Positions 5,968 to 12,536 of a stretch of 12,536 nt of DNA are shown one piece after another (within the stretch, counting starts at the first letter, position 1; each line of letters opens with the position of its first letter). Under the pieces are notes generated by a model. It worked only from the letters and a program-made list of their open reading frames with translations. It was not told the origin of the DNA and did no database searches. Source of the stretch: Octopus sinensis (lineage: Eukaryota); the NCBI RefSeq assembly GCF_006345805.1, contig NW_021826571.1, positions 1 through 12,536 of the forward strand, in the 5' to 3' direction. The position numbers and the translations under genes were made by a program.

Positions 5968-8045
5968 CATCATCATCATCGTATAATGTCCGCTTTCCAT
6001 GCTAGCATGGGTTGGATGGTTCAACTGGGGTCTGGGAAGCCCGAAGGCTGCACCAGGCCAGTCAGATCTGGCGGTGTTTCTACAGCTGGATGCCCTTCCT
6101 AACGCCAACCACTCCGTGAGTGTAGTGGGTGCTTTTTATGTGCCACCGGCACGGGTGCCAGACGAGGCTGGTGAACGGACATGCTTGGATGGTGTTTTTT
6201 TACGTGCCACCGACACAGGTGCCAGACGAGGCTGGCGAACGGCCACGCTCGGATGGTGTTTTTTACGTGCCACCGACACAGGTGCCAGACGAGGCTGGCG
6301 AACGGCCACGCTCGGATGGTGTTTTTTACATGTCACCGACACAGGTGCCAAACGAGGCTGGTGAACGGCCACGCTCGGATGGTGTTTTTTACGTGCCACC
6401 GACACAGGTGCCAGACGAGGCTGGCGAACGGCCACGCTCGGATGGTGTTTTTTACGTGCCACCGACACAGGTGCCAGACGATGCTGGCGAACGGCCACAC
6501 TCGGATGGTGTTTTTCACGTGCCACCGACACAGGTGCCAGACGAAGCTGGTGAACGGCCACGCTCGGATGGTGTTTTTTTATGTGCCACCGACACAGGTG
6601 CCAGACGAGGCTGGCGAACGGCCACGCTCGGATGGTGTTTTTTTATGTGCCACCGACACAGGTGCCAGACGAGGCTGGCGAACGGCCACGCTCGGATGGT
6701 GTTTTTTTATGTGCCACCGACACAGGTGCCAGACGAGGCTGGCGAGAGCCCACGCTCGGATGGTGTTTTTTTATGTGCCACCGACACAGGTGCCAGACGA
6801 GGCTGGCGAACGGCCACGCTCGGATGGTGTTTTTTTATGTGCCACCGACACAGGTGCCAGACGAGGCTGGCGAGAGCCCACGCTCGGATGGTGTTTTTTT
6901 ATGTGCCACCGACACAGGTGCCAGACGAGGCTGGCGAAAACCCATGCTCGGATGGTGTTTTTTTATGTGCCACCGACACAGGTGCCAGACGAGGCTGGCG
7001 AAAACCCACGCTCGGATGGTGTTTTTTTATGTGCCACCGACACAGGTGCCAGACGAGGCTGGCGAACGGCCAAGCTCGGATGGTGTTTTTTTATGTGCCA
7101 CCGACACAGGTGCCAGACGAGGCTGGCGAACGGCCACGCTCGGATGGTGTTTTTTTATGTGCCACCGACACAGGTGCCAGACGAGGCTGGCGAGAGCCCA
7201 CGCTCGATGTTGTGTTTTTTATGTGCCACGAACAGGTGCCAGACGAGGCTGGCGAACGGCCACGCTCGGATGGTGTTTTTTTTATGTGCCACCGACACAG
7301 GTGCCAGACGAGGCTGGCGAGAGAGCCCACGCTCGGATGGTGTTTTTTTATGTGCACCGACACAGGTGCCAGACGAGGCTGGCGAACGGCCAAGCTCGGA
7401 TGGTGTTTTTTTATGTGCCACCGACACAGGTGCCAGACGAGGCTGGCGAACGGCCACGCTCGGATGGTGTTTTTTTATGTGCCACCGAACGGTGCCAGAC
7501 GATGCTGGCGAACGGCCACACTCGGATGGTGTTTTTCACGTGCCACCGACACAGGTGCCAGACGAGGCTGGGACGGCCACGCTCGGATGGTGTTTTTTTA
7601 TGTGCCACCGACACAGGTGCCAGACGAGGCTGGCGAACGACCACGCTCGGATGGTGTTTTTTACGTGCCACCGACACAGGTGCCAGACGAGGCTGGCGAA
7701 CGGCCACGCTCGGATGGTGCTTTTTTACGTGCCACCGACACAGGTGCCAGACGAGGCTGGCGAGAGCCCACGCTCGGATGGTGTTTTTTTATGTGCCACC
7801 GACACAGGTGCCAGACGAGGCTGGCGAACGACCACGCTCGTCGGATGGTGTTTTTTACGTGCCACCGACACAGGTGCCAGACGAGGCTGGCGAACGGCCA
7901 CGCTCGATGGTGCTTTTTTTTACGTGCCACCGACACAGGTGCCAGACGAGGCTGGCGAACGGCCACGCTCGGATGGTGTTTTTTTATGTGCCACCTGCAC
8001 AGAGGCCAGACATGGCTGGCACGGCCACGATCGGATGATGTTTGT
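5968..8045 (-). mobile_element. SINE-like element family B copy 2 carrying a 1.9-kb internal minisatellite expansion
   Basis: (CAT)n tail at 5968-5980, palindrome CCATGCTAGCATGG at 5997-6010 and GATGCCCTTCCTAACGCCAACCACTCC, colinear with 2383-2545, followed by the repeated unit. Confidence 0.78.
6124..8045. repeat. Minisatellite, about 30 copies of a 63-64 bp, 62% GC unit (GGATGGTG T6-8 A[C/T]GTGCCACCGACACAGGTGCCAGACGAGGCTGGCGAACGGCCACGCTC)
   Basis: 30 GGATG anchors counted from 6187 to 8033; spacing is mostly 63 or 64 (range 61-67). Confidence 0.97.
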
Positions 8046-8048
8046 TAC

Positions 8049-8210
8049 ATGGCTGTGTGGTTAGGGAGCTTGCTTCTTAGCTACATGGTTTCGGGTTCAG
8101 TCCCACTGCGTGGAACTTTGGGTAGGTGTCTTCCACTATAGCCCCGAGCCGACCGGAGCTTTGTGATTGAATTCGGTAGGTGGAAGTTACTGCCGTGTGT
8201 GTATGTGTGC
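8049..8210 (+). mobile_element. Diverged SINE family A head/CORE module only
   Basis: A-box TGGCTGTGTGG at 8050-8060, B-box GGTTCAGTCCC at 8094-8104, TTTGGGTAGGTGTCTTCCACTATAGCC. It ends in a (TG)n tract. Confidence 0.8.
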
Positions 8211-8394
8211 ATATAGCTGCTCAGTGCCTCTTCGAAAGAGAGAGAGAGGGGGATACATATATGATGTTTATTGCTGACAATAAATACAAAAGGGTCCAGA
8301 GCATTAATGTTCTTGGGATCCTAAAATGGCCCTGAATGTATCATTTATGTTATTTTCCTTGTGAAAGAACAACAGAAGAAATAAGAGTTTTCAT

Positions 8395-8580
8395 ACAGGT
8401 AATTAGGGGCCAAAATTAGGCAGAGATTAAACATAGATCAAGCTGGTATTAGGGAAAGGCCAACCTTTGGTGTTATCTTTCTTGATAAACAGTTGACACA
8501 GCAGTTAAAGTTTGTGCAAGGGAAGGGCCACCCAAGCGCTATCTTCACAGTTAAACAACAACAAGATAAGCAGAAAGAGT
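8395..8580 (+). pseudogene. Highly decayed RTE-type reverse transcriptase fragment
   Basis: 8502-8570 translates QLKFVQGKGHPSAIFTVKQQQDK, resembling the RTE-clade RT motif QFGFVPGRGTTDAIF.VRQLQEK as I recall it. Upstream GGTAATTAGGGGCCAAAATTA resembles a degraded NYRGIKL, and IRER lies between the two. Not in the ORF track. Confidence 0.5.
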
Positions 8581-8656
8581 TTTAGCAGAGGTTATTAGGG
8601 AGAAAACTAGGTAAGATAAAAAAAAGCAAAGATCAGCTTTGGGATATGGTAGGGTG

Positions 8657-8745
8657 CACGTCCATTTTTCTATGCTGGCATGGGTCAGATGGAGTTTATT
8701 GTGTCAGAATTTCTACAGCTGGAAGCCCTTCCTGTTACCAACGTT
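8657..8745 (-). mobile_element. Old, short relative of SINE-like family B (3' end only)
   Basis: ACGTCCATTTTTCTATGCTGGCATGGGT and TTTCTACAGCTGGAAGCCCTTCCTGTTACCAAC match the family B tail and body motifs. There is no tandem unit. Confidence 0.65.
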
Positions 8746-8778
8746 CAACTATTTCTCCTTTGCTTTGGAAAAGAATGA

Positions 8779-9172
8779 CAGGATCTTTTCGGTTTGACCG
8801 GCAGTTTTTTAAAATAATTTCCACATCACTAAACACTTTTAAACTCCATATACTGGTAGAATGTGTTTATAAAACATCTTTTTCTCTTGGCTTTATTGAG
8901 AAAATTCTGTAGTTTGTAAGATATTTGTTGTTTTTTTCTTCAATTTCTAAAATTTCAACCAATCAATGACATCTATTGAGGTAAACAACATTCTGTGCCG
9001 TATGAATATGTCCCTCGTTTAAGAAACAGATTGGGTTTATTTACATTTCTGAAGAAAAAAGATACCTTTCCCTCCCCTAACCCTAAAACAGATTGAAATG
9101 CAATAGATCGCTACTAGGGTCAGAATTATGGGTGACAATTTCATATGACCCCGCTAGAAAAAAACTATTCCG
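8779..9172. mobile_element. Probable non-autonomous DNA element (MITE-like) with an internal telomere-like motif
   Basis: Non-coding and AT-rich. The left end CAGGATCTTTTCGGTTTGACCGGCAGTTTTTT partly mirrors AAAAAAACTATTCCG at the right end, which is cut by a SINE tail. CCCTAACCCTAA at 9075-9086. It resembles an octopus dispersed repeat from memory only. Confidence 0.4.
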
Positions 9173-9175
9173 TTA

Positions 9176-9422
9176 TTATTTTATTCCTTTATTTGTTTCA
9201 GTCACTTGACTGCGGCCATGCTGGAGCATCGCCTTTTAGTCAAGCAAATCGACCCCCAGGACTTATTCTTTGTAAGCCTAGTACTTATTCTATCGGTCTC
9301 TTTCGCCGAACAGCTGGGTTACGGGGGACGTAAACACACCAGCATCGGTTGCCAAGTGATGTTGGGGGGGACACACACACAGACATGCATACATATATAT
9401 ATATATATATATATACAACGGG
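9176..9422 (-). mobile_element. SINE family A 3' half, breaking just past the internal (TA)n
   Basis: TGTTTCAGTCACTTGACTGCGGCCATGCTGGAGC...CAGCATCGGTTGCCAAG, (CA)/(TA)n, then TACAACGGGC, the start of the CORE-side module seen at 4687-4697, after which the GATA satellite begins. Confidence 0.88.
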
Positions 9423-9429
9423 CATACAT

Positions 9430-9557
9430 ACATAGGGAGACATATAGACAGACATACAGCTAGACAAAAAGACAGATGGAAGGTGGACAAATGAAGAGAT
9501 AGATGGATGGACAAACAGACAGACATACAGGTAGGTGGATAGATAGATAGATAGATC

Positions 9558-9599
<42 letters not shown>

Positions 9600-9600
9600 C

Positions 9601-9649
<49 letters not shown>

Positions 9650-9694
9650 CAAAGATAGATCGATAGATAGATAGATAGACAAAGATAGATATAT

Positions 9695-9739
<45 letters not shown>

Positions 9740-9740
9740 C

Positions 9741-9809
<69 letters not shown>

Positions 9810-9863
9810 CAAAGATAGATCGATAGATAGATAGATAGACAAAGATAGATAGATAGATAGATC

Positions 9864-9897
<34 letters not shown>

Positions 9898-9898
9898 C

Positions 9899-9945
<47 letters not shown>

Positions 9946-10110
9946 CATAGATAGATAGATAGATAGATATATAGATAGATAGATAGATAGATAGACAAAG
10001 ATAGATCGATAGATAGATAGATAGATAGATAGATAGACAAAGATAGATCGATAGATAGATAGATAGATAGATAGATAGACATAGATAGATAGATAGATAG
10101 ATAGATAGAC

Positions 10111-10143
<33 letters not shown>

Positions 10144-10144
10144 C

Positions 10145-10189
<45 letters not shown>

Positions 10190-10190
10190 C

Positions 10191-10223
<33 letters not shown>

Positions 10224-10286
10224 CAGACAAATAGATAGATAGATAGATAGACAGATAGACAGATGGACAGACGGACAGACGGACGG

Positions 10287-10319
<33 letters not shown>

Positions 10320-10342
10320 TAGACAGACAAACTGACAGACTG
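9430..10342. repeat. Compound (GATA)n satellite with GACAAA, GATC and GACATA interruptions and GACA/GACG-rich flanks
   Basis: Near-pure GATA from about 9538 to 10250, grading into (GACA)/(GACG)n on the right and degenerate GACA/GATG on the left. Confidence 0.97.
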
Positions 10343-10449
10343 ACAGACAGATTTGCAAAAACACAGCACCCCCGTACCTCCCTCTACAAGCTAACGTAAG
10401 CTCATGAATATATATTAGCTCAGTGACGTCATTAACAGTCACAGCTATA

Positions 10450-10967
10450 TATAAAATTATACTACAGGTATTTTATACTAATCAATTCTTGGCTTATACT
10501 CACCAATGCAAGGTGCTTAGACATCTACACACATATATATATAATATATATATACATACATGTGTATATTTCTGTCTATATATAGATATATTTATATACA
10601 TGTGTGTGTATCATTGTGACAGACAGATTATTTTGTGGGGTATTTTCTACGCCAAAATATCCTTATTAATTAACTAATATATATATATATATATATATAT
10701 ATTTGTGTGTGCGTGTATATATATAAATGTATACAATATATATATAAAATAGCGAATATATACTCATTGATATACACACACGCAGGTATATATACGGAGT
10801 GTATACCCAATCTATTCATCGATTTCATTATATATATATATATACATACATATATTTATTTATATGAAACACCCCCGTTTTTAGATATATATATATATAT
10901 ACTCACATACGTACTCTAATAATTATACATAAGCTATATTCATATATTTGTAATATATAACTGTGCG

Positions 10968-11006
<39 letters not shown>

Positions 11007-11500
11007 GCATACACAGATTAAAAAAAGAAAGAGAGGACGTGTGAGAGCAGAAGAGGAAGTATACACGCACACTACCTCACATATATAAACAAAACGGAGT
11101 GTTTTTATACACACCCACCCACTCGCCTATACGCTATATATACACGTGCGCGCACGGGTTTTTACGCACACCATATAGACACACAACACTGTGCATGTGT
11201 GTATATATTCTGAGACTGTTTTCACCCCGAATCATAAAGAAGGTCTACAACGAATAAGGGTTTTATATATATATATACATACATATATATACACTCTGGT
11301 TTGACTTGGTATACGCACTCACACACATATATATACATATATTTATACATACTGTTATTCATTCTACATTTTGACCCGAGACGACGGATAAAGGATATTG
11401 AAATATATATTTAAGTCTTCACCAAAGACGATATATATTTATATACATCTATATAGCGTATATATACACCTGTGTATATATATATATATACATATATAGT
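10450..11500. repeat. AT-rich low-complexity region with many (TA)n/(CA)n/(TACA)n microsatellites
   Basis: (TA)n tracts at about 10677-10702, 10829-10845, 10886-10902, 10974-11003, 11266-11292 and 11473-11497. Confidence 0.85.
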
Positions 11501-11569
11501 TAATAATGGCTAAACCAATTACTGTGGTAAGTTATACACACAAACACCTTGTGTTTATTTTATTCAATC

Positions 11570-11880
11570 TTGTTGTTTTCGTTGTTGTTGTTATTATTTT
11601 GCCCCAGGGTGGTCGTGACCGAGCGAGCAGTTCTCGGATCGATGGCGCTCCAGCTGTGACCTTCCCATCGTTTTCTTTCAGCTGTATCCATGGACGACAT
11701 TTAAGTCAGTGCGCGCTTTTGTTTTTATTGATGTTTATGATGATGATGATGATGATGTTTTAACCTTCCCTCTTCGACGAAAGCCTCTCCAGCTGTGACC
11801 ATCGCGTCTTATCCTATTTTGTCTTCGTCTTCCTCCAACATCATTCTCTAACCTGTCTTTGTTTAAGATCGTGGAGTCTA
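11570..11880 (-). mobile_element. Decayed SINE-like 3' segment(s) ('family C') with (CAA)n and (CAT)n tails
   Basis: (GTT)n at about 11575-11592 followed by GCCCCAGGGTGGTCGTGACCGAGC...CTCCAGCTGTGACC (11648-11661). The 14-mer recurs at 11787-11800 after (ATG)n. Family identity is from recollection only. Confidence 0.4.
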
Positions 11881-12536
11881 TGACATTTGATTGAGATTTA
11901 GCTGGTATTTCTAGCAGATATACAAACCATGTTTAGGTCTCTACGTACATAAGAGAGTAGGGTGTGATTTGAGGGAGATTTGGCTGCTATTTCTACCAGG
12001 TCTAGCTACGATTTAGAGGTCTTCTTCATTGGCTCATACATATATACATAGATGAGACAAATGCGTGTGATTTGAGGGAGATTTGGCTGCTATTTCCACA
12101 AGGCTACCATGTAGAGGTCTCCCTCATTGGCTCATACATACATATATACATAGATAAGAGAGTAAGGTGTGATTTGAGGGAGATTTGGCTGCTATTTCTA
12201 CAAGGTCTAGCTACGATTTAGAGGTCTTCTTCATTGTCTCATACATATATACATAGATGAGACAAAAGCGTGTGATTTGAGGGAGATTTGGCTGCTATTT
12301 CCACAAGATCTAGCTACACTGTAGAGGTCTCCCTCATTGGCTCATACATATATACATAGATAAGAGAGTAGGGTGTGATTTGAGGGCGATTTGGCTGCTA
12401 TTTCTACCAGGTCTAGCTACCATGTAGAGGTCTCCCTCACTGGCTCAAGCATATACGCACATATATACATAAATAAGACAGTAGGATGTGAAATGAAAGA
12501 GATTTGGCTGCTATTTCTTGCAGATCTAGGTATGTC
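11880..12536. repeat. Tandem array of a ~103-bp unit (5 full units plus degenerate/partial flanking units), alternating X/Y types; runs off the window
   Basis: GTGTGATTTGAGGGAGATTTGGCTGCTATTT anchors at 11962, 12065, 12167, 12270 and 12373, with diverged copies at about 11880 and 12486. Confidence 0.95.

Noticed and set aside
6124-8045. CRISPR-like array (regular ~63-bp period with a hairpin)
   Set aside because: There are no unique spacers: the whole unit repeats with only point variants. There are no cas genes, the context is eukaryotic, and the unit is an internal part of a dispersed retroelement.
6124-8045. Hammerhead ribozyme / retrozyme array
   Set aside because: The CTGATGA...GAAA core is not present in the unit on either strand.
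6129-8141. Long ORFs of 670, 627 and 485 aa (and 2421-3078 ORFs)
   Set aside because: These come from a stop-free tandem unit read in all three frames. The same peptides swap frames at T-run length changes, which is incompatible with coding constraint.
10422-10429. Perfect CRE palindrome TGACGTCA as a promoter element
   Set aside because: A single 8-mer with no transcript or promoter context could easily be chance.
9285-10442. 385/359/256-aa 'SIYL' ORFs
   Set aside because: They are translations of (TATC)n, i.e. microsatellite artefacts.
10345-11570. Host-gene exons in short ORFs (10423-11114, 11506-11763)
   Set aside because: The peptides are low-complexity translations of TA/CA/GTT/ATG repeats with no recognisable domain. 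A small real exon cannot be excluded without RNA data.

Overview
Eukaryotic, repeat-saturated non-coding DNA. The SINE sequences match my recollection of Octopus (coleoid cephalopod) interspersed repeats; this is inference, not a database result. I find no intact protein-coding gene, true tRNA/rRNA gene, CRISPR array or prokaryotic system. Contents in order: (1) a near full-length, frameshifted CR1/L2-group LINE ORF2 (APE endonuclease + RT) on the minus strand at 1-2375; (2) a fragmented mariner transposon (3600-5245, minus), almost invisible in the ORF track because a LINE 3' end and a double-headed SINE are nested inside it; (3) many copies of a tRNA-headed, CORE-like SINE ('family A'); (4) two copies of a (GAT)n-tailed SINE-like element ('family B') whose internal 61-64 bp unit has expanded into tandem arrays of about 6.5 and about 30 copies; (5) a second CR1 3' end, a decayed RTE-type RT relic and a probable MITE; (6) a 0.9 kb GATA satellite and a 103-bp X/Y-alternating tandem array. 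All long ORFs in the track at 6.1-8.1 kb and 9.3-10.4 kb are repeat artefacts. The most interesting theme is SINEs acting as seeds of locus-specific minisatellites with a hairpin-bearing, CpG-rich unit.
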